Assembly (NCBI GenBank): GCA_964016885.1
Contig: OZ024741.1
Location: 134,540,001 to 134,604,000 of the forward strand
Source of the DNA: Eledone cirrhosa
Taxonomy: Eukaryota
Length of the DNA: 64,000 nt
Direction: 5' to 3'
Position numbers and translations under genes: made by a program. The notes under the pieces were generated by a model that was not told the origin of the DNA, did not search any database, and saw nothing but the letters and a program-made list of their open reading frames with translations. Positions 39,290-52,965 of the stretch are shown here, in pieces; within the stretch, counting starts at the first letter, position 1, and each line of letters begins with the position of its first letter.

Positions 39290-39935
39290 CTGTGGAACCC
39301 CATGTCAAGTGCACTCTACATATATGTGGAGTTCCACTGAAGCAGGTGAAGTTCAAGTATCTTGGGGCCGTTTTCATGAGTGACGGAAGACAGGAGGCTA
39401 AATTAAGTGCAAGAATTGCAGGAGCTGGTGCAATAATCTGCCAGCTTCTGCATTTGGTTTTCAGAAGAAAGGAAGTAGGTGTAAAAGCCACATTTGCTAT
39501 CTTCAATTCAGTGGTTATGCCTACTCTTACCTATGACCAAAAGAATACGATCGCAAATACAAGTGACCAAAGTGGGGTTCCTTCGAGGGGTCTTTGGAGT
39601 AACATTACTTGATAGAGTGCATAACTTGGGAGATCAGGAAGTCATTTCAGGTAGAGCTGCTGCTTCTCCAAATTGAGAGATCTCAGCTCTGATATTACGA
39701 ACATGTGGTTAGAATGTCTAAAGGAAGAATCACTGGACAGATTTTATGTGCAAAACTAACTAGAGGGATACCATGAACAAGATGGTTAGATAACGTTCAT
39801 GAGGTCAGTTGCTCTCGTTTGGGGATCGAGCCAGTTCAATTGGAGACAGTTGCTTCTGACAAGACCCCCTGAAAGGTGTATTTGAGGACTCTGATCCCAT
39901 GACCCTCCCAGGAATAAGTGGACAAAGAAGATGTA
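39290..39935 (+). mobile_element. Expander/Rex3-like RTE fragment
   Basis: CTLHICGVPLKQVKFKYLGAVFMSDGRQEAKLSARI. Confidence 0.8.
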
Positions 39936-40398
39936 GAACAAGCAACATCATGTCACAAGCATCATACTCCTGGTCACATAAATTCATGTCTTTACAAGTC
40001 AGGTATATGTTCTATGCTCCCTTGTGAACATTTGCAGTAAACTAAAGAGTTCATTTTTTTTTTTTGTGAGACAGTCATAGTAATGTTTCATACTAAATGT
40101 TTATAGTATCTTTATTAGTGGACAGGTCATTGTGAACATTAGCAGTAAACTTATAAACTTCAATTTTTATTGTGATGCATAGTGCTGTTTCACACTTTTC
40201 ATTTTATAAAAAGTACAAAATGGCAATTAGTAATGCAGTTTTACATGCTACAGCTTGTTAAGAGTTATACCAAGTAAACAAATGAAATATAGGTACATCC
40301 CGAAAATTACAACAAAAAATAGGCAGAAATTTTCTGTGTAAAATAGAATTTGATGTCTTTATTTTATCAGCAAATTTATTCTTTTCTTTTCTTTGTAG

Positions 40399-40449
40399 AG
40401 TCCAGAGAAAGTACAGCCATCAAGAGGAACAGCATTTGATGTTTGTCAG
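40399..40449 (+). CDS. ARHGAP12: ARHGAP12/27-like small exon (SPEKVQPSRGTAFDVCQ)
   Basis: Long polypyrimidine acceptor cttttcttttctttgtag, donor CAG|gtgagt; 51 nt, phase 0-0. Confidence 0.8.
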
Positions 40450-40811
40450 GTGAGTTTTTGCTGTTGTTAAACCTCGGGTCAACTTTTGGTAAGCAAGCCT
40501 TTGATAAAAGCCTTTCTAAAGTTGAACATTCTATCTGTAAGATGTATTATTGCTGTTGTGAAACCCCAGATAAGCAGACCTTTGATCAAAGCAGTTCTCG
40601 ACATGATCATTCTGTCCATTTGTCAAATATAGTGTACACATCATTCAATTTACCTCCTGCCACATCATTAAAAAAAACAACAACAAAAAACCATCAGACT
40701 GTTATGTGAAAGATTTCACAGCTAATTTTAGTGAGTCAAGTGACTATATAACACAGGATTCAGGAACCTTCTCAATCTGAAGAGCTATTTTTAGCTAAAA
40801 AAATTGAGACT

Positions 40812-43800
40812 ATCAGAGCCAGTTGTGCTCCACCAGGATGCTTCCTGTGTCGTGCACACCCGGGGCAGGGTCGATAGACTGGCATCTGTCGCAACCTCCA
40901 ACCACTTTCTGGACACTCTGTCTGCTAACATCAGAGTCGATTCTTCTGGCTAGGAACCGGGTCCTATCCACTCCCATGTAGTGCATGGCGTGCAGTCCCC
41001 TCAACTCCGAATCACTCAGCCGACACACTGCTGCTAGCCCCTTCTCTGCGTCCCCTGGCGTTTCCAGCCAGGCTTTCTTCACCCTGGTTAATACGTCTAC
41101 CCTGTTTTTCTCTGAGGGTACAAAAACTACACTCAACTCCAGGCCGAACTTGGTGGACAGCTCTCCCAGAGTTCCCAGACGGCGCTTTATCAACATTTCT
41201 GCTGCCCCTCTCGTTCGCACCCTCTTCTCACTGGTAAGCACTGATCTCACCCATCCAAGTACAGTGGCCGAGTCAGTGCGAATTTCTATAGTGCTCAGCC
41301 CCCATCTCAGGGCGAGATTCACCCCTCACAGCGCAGCATCCAGTTAGCCACGTTGATGTGGTTGTAGTCCTCCTTCTTCCTGAGCCAGGCTGCGTCCTCG
41401 ACCTCGGTGCCCCCTATTTCCAGAGTGACCCCTAGTGCTATGCTGTTGGCATCACGCCATACGGTCATGCATTCCGATTTGGGGACATACTAGCGTCCTC
41501 TCACTGGGTCATCCGCCTTTACCCTCTGCACAATTTCCTGCATCATGGCCACTGTCCTCTCTCCAACCCTGTCACCCCAGCTAACTCCATCTGCTCATCT
41601 CTTGACATAGCTGCATGCCATCCAGAGCCACCCTGCGATCGGATAGTGGCCCACCAATTTACCACACATTAAGAAGAGTTCCCATCTATTCATATCGGGG
41701 CCCAGTTCCGGGACTTCGTTACCCCTCCGAAACACCAGTGTGCCCGTCTTATCCCTTTGCAGCTTGAGTCCTAGCGCAGCTCCTCCTTCCATCATCTCTG
41801 GCAGTTTCACGGTCAGCCCGAACCTTCCCAAGTGGCCTGAGACCTCTGCTGTTGTCACCACCGTCTTGTCCACCAAGATGTCGTTGATGTAGGAGTTGGT
41901 GGCCCTCTTCACCTTGTCTACTTTCCCCAGAATGGCCTTGAGGACCGTCGCCATGATTTTTGGCGCAGAGTTCAACCCGAAGCCAAGCCTGGTCAGGTAC
42001 TATGTCTGGCCCCTATACCTGAGCAGCTGATATTTCCACAGCTTCTCATCCACGTGTAACTGCAGATATGCCGACTTTAAGTCAACAATCGTCTCCACTC
42101 TCACAAGGTTTCCCTGCAAACATCCGTGACCTCACCACCTGTGTGGCATGACACGTGTTCGTTCAGCGCACGAAAGTCCAGCACCAGCCTAACCTTGTTC
42201 ATCGTGGGCTGCACCACTGCCATTAGCGGCAACACTCCACACTTCACCTCCTCCTTCCAAGGAATCAGTATACCCTCCTCGATCCATCTCTGTACCTCAC
42301 CCTCAAACTCACTTCTGGCATTTCCTTGCAGGGTATGCTGATAGCAGCCCACTCTATTCTTCAGCGTTGGTGTATCTCCCTTCCAGTACCACTCAACTAC
42401 CCACCGCTGCCCATTAAACACCGCCCTGAAATCCATGTCATGTATGGTATTTTCTTCGTGGATCTCCCTGTTCTTTGTGGATTCTTCCAGCACACTCACA
42501 GCACATGATGTCCTGTCGCTACCAAACGTCACCCCGACTTCACTCACTGTAACACCTCCATGGCAGCCAATCGCATCCATGCCCATTACTACATCGATTC
42601 CGTCCATCACCTGGTCAATCACGATCGTCCGAAGCCTAATTTTTCTTCCTCGTACCACCATCGACACCCCGCTGGTACCTCTGCATCTAATCTCCCTGCC
42701 CTTATACTGCTCATCCCACTCCACATTTTAACCACCTCTGTGGTCACTAGTATTGTCGTGCAACCCGTGTCCACGAGTGCTCAAGATGGCTCCCCCCCCC
42801 CCCCACCAGAACTTCCACTACGGGCAGCGACTGCAAAGGCACCTCTACTCGCTTCCAGGGGTGGCTACCGACGCAGTAGTCCCCCATAGACCATTTCCCT
42901 GGTCGCAATTATTAGCGATGTGGGCTGGTTCCTTGCAGCGATAGCAAACTGGCTGGCTTCGGCTGAAATACCGGCCTCCAAACACACGCGACGACTATTC
43001 ACAGCGGCTGGTCTCCTTTTGTCATACATCGGTCGCTGTCGACTGCTATGGGCTTCCGTCACTGCCAGTGCTGCAACACTCCACCTCGTGTCCTGTGTTA
43101 TTACGCGGGCCTGTGTGATGAGCTCGCTCATGCTCATCTCCCTGTTTCCAGGCAGATGTTGGAGCTTCACGGAGATTTCATCAGGGAACCCGTTCATAAA
43201 GGCCAACCGCATGGCTCATTCGTGTTGTACCACGAATCCGGCCAACGTAGCCAACCGCCGTAACTCTGTCGCGAACACGTCCATGTGCTCTCCCTTCCAT
43301 CTCGCTCTTCCTAGCTTGGCAAAAGCAGCGTACGGCCCCTCGGTGAATGCTTCCTTAAGTCGCTGCCCTATCTTCTCCGCATTCAGTTGGTCTCTCTCAT
43401 TCATCTCAAGGTACAGGGCTAGGGCATCTCCATCGAGATACAGAGCAATCAAACCAGCAACGTTGTCAATGCCTTGCAGCGAGGCAACCAATGTAACTTT
43501 TCTCAACCAGGCCACAACATTTCCTTAACCGTTAAGTCTTGATCGTCTCACTATTCAATCTCAGTTCGCTGCCATCTCCCCTGTGAGATTGGAAAAAGTC
43601 AACAACGATACCCCACGAAAAAGAACCCCCCCAAAAAAAGGTAAACTAAAAGTTTGCCGTGCCAGGAGTAAGAATGCCGAAAGATGGGAAAATTCATTAA
43701 ACGCCAAAATAACTTGTAGCTGGAGGCATTCGGACTTACCTTGCGTCTCTCTATCGCTGGTTCCACCGTCCACGTGGGGGCACTTCCACTAACGTCTGTC

Positions 43801-43966
43801 TTCACGCACCCATCACCTTGCAGAGCCTATAGCTAAGAGAAGGCTGTTCACAGCCTGATGCCTTGAGTTGCCCCCGTCCTCTTGCTTCTGGTCAGATGTC
43901 CCCCAACTTCCGGCAATCCTCTCCCTCGACAGCTCTACACCCCCTCTATCTCAAGGCAGCCCCACA
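40812..43966 (-). mobile_element. Gypsy/Ty3 LTR retrotransposon, decayed and 3'-truncated
   Basis: gag (43515-42900) with CCHC CYRCKEPAHIANNC; protease ALVDTGC; RT LVLDFRALN, YIND (from YxDD); RNase H RTDSATV; integrase H-x-H...CDRC; order PR-RT-RH-IN. Confidence 0.92.
43715..43966 (-). repeat. Putative 5' LTR (252 bp)
   Basis: Minus strand starts TGTGG and ends CTACA, just upstream of gag; no second LTR to confirm it. Confidence 0.55.
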
Positions 43967-45026
43967 ATTAATATTACCTCCATCACCGCCATCATCATCA
44001 TCATCATCATTTAGATATTGATGCAATTTCAGATAAGATTGAAAGCCAAAAATAATAATAATAATAAAATATTTCAAAATGCCTAAGTGCCACTTGAGAT
44101 AAGCTAGCGTCTCATATGGATCTGAAGGATTCCTGACTCCTAACGTCTAGGAATCTGGGAATCTCTTGTTGGCTTATGTAAAATGAGACAAAATGGCCTA
44201 GTGGTTAGGATGTTAAACTTTAGATGATAGTGTTGTACATTCAATTCCTGAACCGAGCAGTTCTTTGTGTTCTTGAGCAAAATACATTTTTACATTGCTC
44301 CTTCTGTTAGTTGTGCCTGGCAGATAGTATCAACATTGGAAAGACTAATGGAAACATTGTTTCCTTGGTCTCATCTGTTAATCTGCTTCTTTCTTTTTCC
44401 AGGAGTTGTGACTAACAGATAGTATCAGCAATGGAAACACCAATGGAAACATTGTTTCATTGGTCTGATCTGACAGTCAGCTCCTTTCATTTCATCTGTG
44501 AGGCTCTGTTCCTGTAATGAAACACAACATAGTGCTCTACACATATTGTGCATGCAGCATGGCCAAATGGTTAAGTGGTTTACTTCACAATCATTAAGTC
44601 TTGGGTTCAATCTCACTGAGTGACATCTTGAGCAAGTGTCATTTACCATAGCCTTGGATTTACTCATGTATTGTGAGTGAAACTGGAATTAAACACTTGA
44701 AGCTTTTTCTGTTGCCATCAATTTATGGCAGTTGGAAATGATCAAAAGAGCATCTTCATTGAAATCTAGTGAAGATAAACATAAAAGATAAGGTATCTGT
44801 AGCTGTATGATTATGAGCTTTGCTTTCTAAAATGTGACTTGATATTCAAAACCACTTCAGGGTTAATGTCTTTTACCAAAGCCTTTGGTTGAACAATGCT
44901 TTGGGTGTGAAATTAGTAGAAAGATACAGTGTATTGAATACATAAATTATGAATTATATAATGTTTCCTTTCCATTCCAAAAAAAAACAACACAAATAAA
45001 CTTTAGTTCTCTGAATTTTCTTGCAG

Positions 45027-45082
45027 AATAAAACTGGAATCTTGAACAAAACGAAAATTATGGATAATGGAAAAAAAGTAGG
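45027..45082 (+). CDS. ARHGAP12: ARHGAP12/27-like exon, PH domain start (NKTGILNKTKIMDNGKKVG)
   Basis: Acceptor ttttcttgcag, donor GG|gtaggt; phase 0-2; matches the family motif KxGxLNxTKIxxNGKK. Confidence 0.92.
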
Positions 45083-46352
45083 GTAGGTATTATTCCATTT
45101 TCTGTATGATGTTGCTCTGCTTTAAACCACCTGAAGCCACTCCAAGTTCTATGACACAAAAATGTTTGTTTTAAAGTTTTTATATTTATCTAAAACCCTT
45201 GTAATTTTTTGTAACAAACTTTAAGTTATGTTCCAAACACTAACTTAATGTTGAGAAAGTTATATTACTAAATCCTTCTCCAAATTCTTATTTTCATAAT
45301 TGAAAATCACAGGCATTGTCTTTCATTAGAAATATAGTAACAAAAGATTTTTAGACATGAATAATGAGGGTGGAAACAAAGAAGTTCTGGCATGTCTTGG
45401 TAAAGATAATACTACTAATCCATGGTAATACTACTAAAACATTTTATCATGACACCAACACTACCACTTTACAGAGTATACTGGGTATATTTTATTATGG
45501 CACCAGCACTTCCATTTTGCAGAATGTACTTTGGGCATTTTATCATGGCACTCACATTTCTACTTTACAGAGTGTACTAGATGTATTTTATTATGGTGCC
45601 AGCATTATTTTACACAGTAGGCTAGGTGTATTTTTTGTGGTACCAGCATTATATAGCGTGGACTGAGTGCATTTTATTGAAGCACGAGCACTACAATTTT
45701 ACAGAGTGTACTGAGTGTATTTTATCATGGTAGCAGCACTAACACTTTACAGAGTGTACTGGATGTATTTTATCATGGTACCAGCACTACCACTTTACAG
45801 AGTGTAGTGGGTTTATTGTATTGTTGTGCTAGCACTAGATCAGTTGTATTGTCAGAGGGTGAGAAGGACAGAGGGAGATGTGAAAGTGGAACTGAGGTAG
45901 GGGGTGTTGGGGGGCAATAGCAATTACATGTATGATTGTCATCTCTGATAACCAACTAATAAGGAGGAAGCAAATTTATAAAATGTTTTATCTAGGAATT
46001 TTGTATCAGAATTTTATGTAAGAATTTTTATATATTCCAAATGATAGGCAGTGTCTATCTCTATAAATATGGTAAAGAGCAAGTTAGTTATATTGATTAT
46101 TTTCAAAATTATTTTAAAAGGATAGGCAATGTCTTTCACCAGAAATATAGTAAGAAGAAAGTTAATTATATTACTAAACCCTTTCAAATTCTTGAATATT
46201 TTGGAAATTATTTATAAATGAGAGGCAGTGGCTTTCACTAGAAATATGGTAATGAAAGGATTAAAGGTAATGTAACTTTTTCTTTGTGCTCTGCGCCTCG
46301 TGCCATTCTTTCATCCCTTCTATTTATCATTATCGTTTTAATCTCTCTACAG

Positions 46353-46536
46353 AAAAAAGTGGGGCCAAACATATGTGAAGCTCTTTGGTTCCAATATTGC
46401 ATTTTACAAAGATCAACGTGCAGCAGCTGTCGGACCCGGTGCCAAAAATGGAAACCCAGAACAAATTGTATACCTTCATGGGGCCAAGTGCAAAAATGCT
46501 TCTAAAGACATTTCAAGCAAGAAGAATGTTCTCCAG
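46353..46536 (+). CDS. ARHGAP12: ARHGAP12/27-like exon, PH domain core (KKWGQTYVKLFGSNIAFYKD...SKDISSKKNVLQ)
   Basis: Acceptor ctctctacag, donor CAG|gtacgt; phase 2-0 fits the previous exon; SKDxSSKKNV motif typical of the ARHGAP9/12/15/27 PH domain. Confidence 0.93.
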
Positions 46537-46735
46537 GTACGTTTATATTGGCATTATTTCTTCATCCGTTGAGCAAGAAACTTCACTCTACTTCATAATC
46601 AGATGGATTCATAATTCTTATAAGCCACTGCTTGAAAATGGTTGCCCATACCTGTTTTATACTATCAAATGTCTTCACTGTATTCAGCGTTCTTCATTGC
46701 TACCTTGTTTTTAACAATTCATTAATCTGTTACAG

Positions 46736-46834
46736 TTGGAAGATGTACAGGGAAACCATGTCCTATTACAGTCAGAGGATCCTGTGAAAATTCAAGAATG
46801 GCTGGTCACAATCAATTGGATTATTTCTGAATTG
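46736..46834 (+). CDS. ARHGAP12: ARHGAP12/27-like exon, PH C-terminal helix (LEDVQGNHVLLQSEDPVKIQEWLVTINWIISEL)
   Basis: Acceptor ctgttacag, donor TTG|gtaaat; 99 nt, phase 0-0; LLQSE...EW PH helix. Confidence 0.92.
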
Positions 46835-47368
46835 GTAAATTCTTTGCTTGTTCTTTTATTTGGGTTAATTTCATCATTATCTGTTTTCTGTCTTTTTATC
46901 TTTCACTGTCTTCCTTCCATGAGTTGGACAGGCTGTTATGACCCATTCTTGTTTGTTACTTTCCATATTTGGCATGGTTTCTATGGCTGGATGACCTTCC
47001 CAATGACAACCAACTTACAGGTTGGACTGAGTACAGGGTTAAGTGGGTATATTTTATCATGGCACCAGCAGTACTACATTACAGAGTGAACTGGGTATAT
47101 TTTATTATGGCTCAAGCTCTAGACGGGCTGTCACATGCTCTAACCACGTCCACATTTAGTGTGATATTACATCTTTCCATATTTAGATATTTAGATTGTA
47201 ATATGGCAGGAGCTTTGGAGAAAGTTGTAAATCTTGAAAGTTTAATCACAGGGAACTTGAATGGTCACCATAAAGATATATTTTAAAAACCAAAGTAAAG
47301 TATCATGTTCATCATCATTAGATGCATCTTCAAATCTGTTATTATTTTCCCTGTATATATTATATATG

Positions 47369-47371
<3 letters not shown>

Positions 47372-47404
<33 letters not shown>

Positions 47405-48185
47405 GTGCTCAGGTGCACTACAACTCGTCAAAAGTGCATGTATAATACATAGAATAATGTACAAATGTCAGGAAAGTGAACAATGTATGAGTCATGATAT
47501 ACATGTGTGTATGTGAATGGAGGGGGAATATCAGGTGTAGTGTTGGCGAATTTCAGGAAGCATGGAGGTTTTAAAGGATGCAGTGTCCTGACAGCTAACA
47601 ACTGATGCAGGTAGTTTGTTCCATGCTTCAGCAACTCTGAGCATAAAAAAATGTTTCCAAAAGTCATTGGAACTGTGCTGTTTTCTGACTTTGTAGGCAT
47701 GCCTATGGGTATTAGACACATGGAATTCAAAAAGGTGCTCAGGGTTGTTGTTGGCAAGATGGTTAATAATTTTGTGGATATTTACCAAATCAGTTGCCAG
47801 ACATCGAAGCTTCAATCTATCCATGCCCAGCGAAGTGAGGCGTTCAGAGTATGGTAGATGCCTGATGGAGGGTATTCACTTGGTTGCACGTCCCTGAACA
47901 GTTTCCAGGAGGTCAATATTCTGAACAAGATAGAGATTCCACACTGGTGATGCAAATTCTAAGTGTGCCTGCATCATAGCTATATAGAGCTTTAAATAGA
48001 TAGCTGGAGAGTGACTGACAAAGGTCTTGCTGAGTGATGCCAAGACACCCTTGGCCTTCTTGACAATTTTAGAGATGTGCTTTGTCCAATGCAAATCGCT
48101 GCTAACAGTAATGGCCAGGTCACGTTCACAAGAACTCTTCTTGAAATTAGAGTTGCGGAAGGAGTATGTGGACGCTGGGCTTTTC
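47372..48185 (-). mobile_element. CR1-clade LINE 3' fragment with (ATT)n tail
   Basis: HLEFASPVWN..LETVQGRATK..YSERL..FFMLRVAEAWNKLP. Confidence 0.9.
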
Positions 48186-48691
48186 CCCCCTATATATATA
48201 TATATATATATATATTAGGCACCCGTCTAAACCCATGCTAGCGTGGAAGATAGACGTTAAACGATGATGATGATATATATAAATATATATATATATATAT
48301 AATCTGAGTTTTTCGAATATTAATAACAACATTCGATTCGATTTAATTATGCAAACAAAGCCTCATTTTTAAAGCCATGTCAGTAGAATGAACCCTTCAT
48401 TCTAGCTCTTGTGTTGGCATGTAAACAGAACTGCAGACACTAATGATTCTGGGTATCACCCTTCATCAGTACAGCTCACTGTTCAGCTGCCAACTGTCAG
48501 AGCTAGTGAAAATATATGTTATTTTCTAGAATATACAGTGACTGATCAGCCTGATTTGCATATTAGCAGACTGGCAAATCAGTCAGATCTGCATATTAGG
48601 AGGTCCACTGATCAGCCAGATTTGCATATTTGCAGACTGGCCAGTCAGTTTCCTGTATACGAGCGATAAATGGCCAGCTTTGCCACATTCA

Positions 48692-49068
48692 AATAAAAAA
48701 AAAAATGTTCGCTCTATGAAGGAGCGTGACAAGTGGAGAGATGCTGTGCTGAATAGGACCCATCCAAGCCTTGCAAGCAGGGAAAAACGGACGTAAAATG
48801 ATGATGATGGCTGAATACAATAAATGTAATCGGAGTTTTTCGAATATTAATAATAACATTCGATTCGTTTGCAATTATGCAAACAAGCCTCATTTTTAAA
48901 GCCATGTCAGTATAATGAACCCATCATTCTTGCTCTTGTGTTGGCATGTCTTTAAAAATGAGGGTTGTTTGCATAATTGCAAACGAATCGAATGTTATTA
49001 TTAATATTCGAAAAACTCTGATTACATTTATTGTATTCAGCCATGTAGAGCGAAAACATTTTTTTATA
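48692..49068. mobile_element. Long-TIR MITE with an RTE 3' end (48718-48808) inserted in its left TIR; partial second copy at 48300-48422
   Basis: 48807-48908 is the inverse of 48945-49045; outer aaaatgttcgctcta / tagagcgaaaacatttt. Confidence 0.75.
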
Positions 49069-49421
49069 TTTATATATATCATCATTTTACGTCCGCTTTT
49101 TCCCTGCTTGCAAGGGTGGGACGGGAACTGATGCTGGCTTGATTTCTACAGCTGGATGCCCTTCCTAAAACCAACCTCATTTACAGTGAGTGCTGGGTGC
49201 TTTTTTGCCGTGGCACCTCCACGACCACTTTGCAGTGGTATGATATGGACCCCAGTCCCTATCATCTCATTTCTACAGCTGAGTAAACTGGAGCAATGTG
49301 AAATAAAGTGTCTTGCTCAAGGAAACAACACATCACCCGGTCTGAGAATTGAACTCACAACCTTTCGATTGCAAGGCCAATGCTCTAACCACTAAGCCAT
49401 GTGCCTCCATTAGCCATGTGT

Positions 49422-49453
<32 letters not shown>

Positions 49454-49465
49454 GCCTCCATGTGT

Positions 49466-49616
<151 letters not shown>

Positions 49617-49931
49617 CGAGTGCCATATATTATTAGAGAAACACATAGTATTTTGTAGACATATGTAAAGCATGTACTATTTAGGAAAAAGTATGTACTT
49701 TAAGGTAGAAAAGAACTTTTCTGCCTAAAAGTATGTACTTTTTCCTAGATGTTATATGCTTTATATACATGTACAAAACTGATTTTGGCTTGGTTTCGAT
49801 AGATGGATGCCCTTCCTAACACCAACCTCATTTACACTGAGTACTAGGTGCCTTCACAACCGCTTTACAATGTGGACTGGATGCTTTATGTTTTGACACC
49901 TGCACAACCACTTTACATATGGCTTTTTCTT

Positions 49932-49962
<31 letters not shown>

Positions 49963-50289
49963 CATAATTTGAATTATAGATGCTCTGGACAAACATCTAT
50001 TGAGCTTTTCTACTGGGAAACATATTTATATATGTTACGATACCTTAACTTAGTGTATGTATGTGTGTGTATGTATATATATATATATATAACAAGTATG
50101 TTTTGAAACAGCAAGCGAGTTTGAAATTAGAAATAGAAGCTATCAGCGTATTCTTTGACTAAAGAAATTTTACCTTGATTGTTGGGTGGTTTAGAAATTG
50201 AAAAAGATGAGTATTGACGTACGCGTGTGAGTGTTTGTAAAAAGTAAGTGGAAATAACAAAGCAAACAACACAGTACAATTAAGAAATA

Positions 50290-50902
50290 TGTGTAGCATG
50301 TGTAGTGTGTATATTGATATTATACGCAAGTATATATGCATCAAATAAAACTGTAATTGACAATATACACAGAAATTGGACGAAGACGTTGTTACACTGT
50401 CTTATGTAATCAGTAATGTAATCCATGATACATTAAAAAAAGATGATATTATATATCTACTAGCATGTGTAGTGTGTATATTGATATTATACGCAACTAT
50501 ATATGCATATAGATATGATCAAATAAAACCGTAATTGACAATATACACAGAAATTGGACGAAGACTCTGTTACACTGTCTTATGTAATCAGTAACGTAAT
50601 CCATGATACATTAAAAAAAGACGATATTATATATAAACTGCATTAGGAGAAAATTAGTGACAGAAATATATGAATATTTATTTAAACGATCGCTAACCGG
50701 AAGTGTTGACATTTGAAAATTTTAAAGAAGTGAATCTTTAAATAAGTAATAAAATATATTTAATGAATAGCCACGAAATTTAGTAGATAAATTATGTAAT
50801 ATTCATTATTGATTCAAAGTAATCCAACTTATTTTACTAAGGGGATAAAAAATTATAAACTGTACACAGTCCCGCGCTTCTTACTTTATTATAGTTTAGA
50901 TA
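50290..50902 (-). mobile_element. Helitron-like non-autonomous element with a ~170-bp internal tandem duplication (50295-50460 / 50462-50635)
   Basis: Minus-strand start TCTAAACTATAATAAAG; core shared with 870-1200. Confidence 0.45.
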
Positions 50903-51361
50903 TATATATATTATATAAAAAAACTGTTATTATCATCATCATGATCATCATTTTGTGTCCATTCTTCCACGCTAGCATGGGTTAGATAAGTTGTCCTGTT
51001 GTTGGCAATGTTAGGTCAGGTGACAATGTCTTGCTCATACAGAACTGATTTTGGCTTGGTTTCTATAGATGGATGCCTTCGTAACACCATCCTCATTTAC
51101 AGTGAGTACTGGGTGCCTACACAACCACTTTATAATGTGGACTGGATGCTTTTTGTCGTGACACCTGCACAACCACTTTGCAGTGTGGACTGAGTGCTCT
51201 TTGTTGTGACACCTACATGACCACTTTACAATGTGGACTGGGTGCTTTATGTCATGATGCCTACATGACCACTTTACAGTGTGGACTGGGTGCTTTTTGT
51301 TGTGACACCTATACCATATAGAAGAGCTGTTGGTTGATGTTTTTTACTTTTTTTATTGCAG

Positions 51362-51497
51362 GCTTCAGAGGAAGAAAGTCAATCACCGTCAAGTTCATCA
51401 ATGCAACCACAACATTCCCCAGAACCAAACCAGAAAACCCCCAAAGGAACATCGAAAGAGCCCAAACAGTTGTTTGGCCCCAAAGCAAAAACACGGG
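51362..51497 (+). CDS. ARHGAP12: ARHGAP12/27-like exon, Ser/Pro/Lys-rich linker (ASEEESQSPSS...KAKTR)
   Basis: Strong acceptor tttttttattgcag, donor CGGG|gtcagt; phase 0-1, open frame. Confidence 0.82.
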
Positions 51498-51619
51498 GTC
51501 AGTTGTAATTCTAGATCAACCTCTCTAATCTTCATTGTCTACATTTGTGGTTCCAAAACTTTTGTTGTGGAGTCCTTATACAATTTTTGCAAAAATTTCT
51601 GTACCTCTGTCTGTATATT

Positions 51620-52302
51620 CTGGACAATGTCCACTACCTTAATTACAGACCATCCGTGTAACATCTGGACCATGTCCACCACCTTAATTACAGCCCATAC
51701 CTGTAATACCTGGACAATGTCCACCACCTTAATTACAGTCCATACCTGTAACATCTGGACAAAAAATGTCTACCACCCTAATTACATCCCATACCTGTAA
51801 CACCTGGACAATGTCTACCACCTTAATTACAGTCCATACCTGTAACATCTGGACAAAAAATGTCTACCACCCTAATTACAGCCCATACCTGTAACACCTG
51901 GACAATGTCTACCACCTTAATTACAGTCCATACCTGTAACATCTGGACAAAAAATGTCTACCACCCTAATTACATCCCATACCTGTAACACCTGGACAAT
52001 GTCTACCACCTTAATTACAGTCCATACCTGTAACATCTGGACAAAAAAATGTCTACCACCCTAATTACATCCCATACCTGTAACACCTGGACAATGTCTA
52101 CCACCTTAATTACAGTCCATACCTGTAACATCTGGACAAAAAAATGTCTACCACCCTAATTACATCCCATACCTGTAACACCTGGACAATGTCTACCACC
52201 TTAATTACAGTCCATACCTGTAACACCTGGACAATGTCCACCACCTTAATTACCTGTAACATATACCATATCTGTAACACCTGGACAATGTCTACCATCC
52301 TA
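51620..52302. repeat. Minisatellite with alternating ~41/45-bp units (ctggacaatgtctaccaccttaattacagtccatacctgtaaca)
   Basis: About 16 units in a higher-order dimer pattern. Confidence 0.95.
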
Positions 52303-52479
52303 ATTTTAATAAGATGTTAAATGAAATAGAAATATTTTTAGGGGGAGAATTTATTCATATAAAAAAGATATACATTTTATATTAAGTTTTAATAAAAATC
52401 CCTTTATCTTGCAAAACCTACTTTGGAGATTCCACTTAGGTTATTCCACTATTTTAGGACAATAGTTATCATGACTAAA

Positions 52480-52672
52480 GGACAGAACTTTGACAGAACC
52501 AGTAGGGTCCTGACAGATCTTTGACAGAACCAGTAGGGTTCTTGATAGAACCAGTAAGGTTCCTGACAGAAGTTTTAAAGAACCAGTAGCATCTCTGATG
52601 GTATTTTGACAGAACCACTAGCATCCCTGACAGAATATTGACAACCAGTAGGGTACTTGACAGAACCTGTAG
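52480..52672. repeat. ~30-bp degenerate tandem repeat (gacagaaccagtagggtcct)
   Basis: About 6 degenerate units. Confidence 0.8.
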
Positions 52673-52920
52673 CCCCCATCTCATCAGACTCCCTGTTCTG
52701 TTCCTCCACATGTCTTTGTCTGTCTGTCTAAATATATATATATATATACTTTACTTCTGTTGACATTTAATGTATGTTGACATTTACATATATGTATATC
52801 TAACATATATTGACATCTAGATTTATGTATACCTAACTTATGTTGACATTTAAATATATGTATACCTAACTATGTTGACATCTAGATATATGTATACATA
52901 GATTATGTTGACATATATGA

Positions 52921-52965
<45 letters not shown>

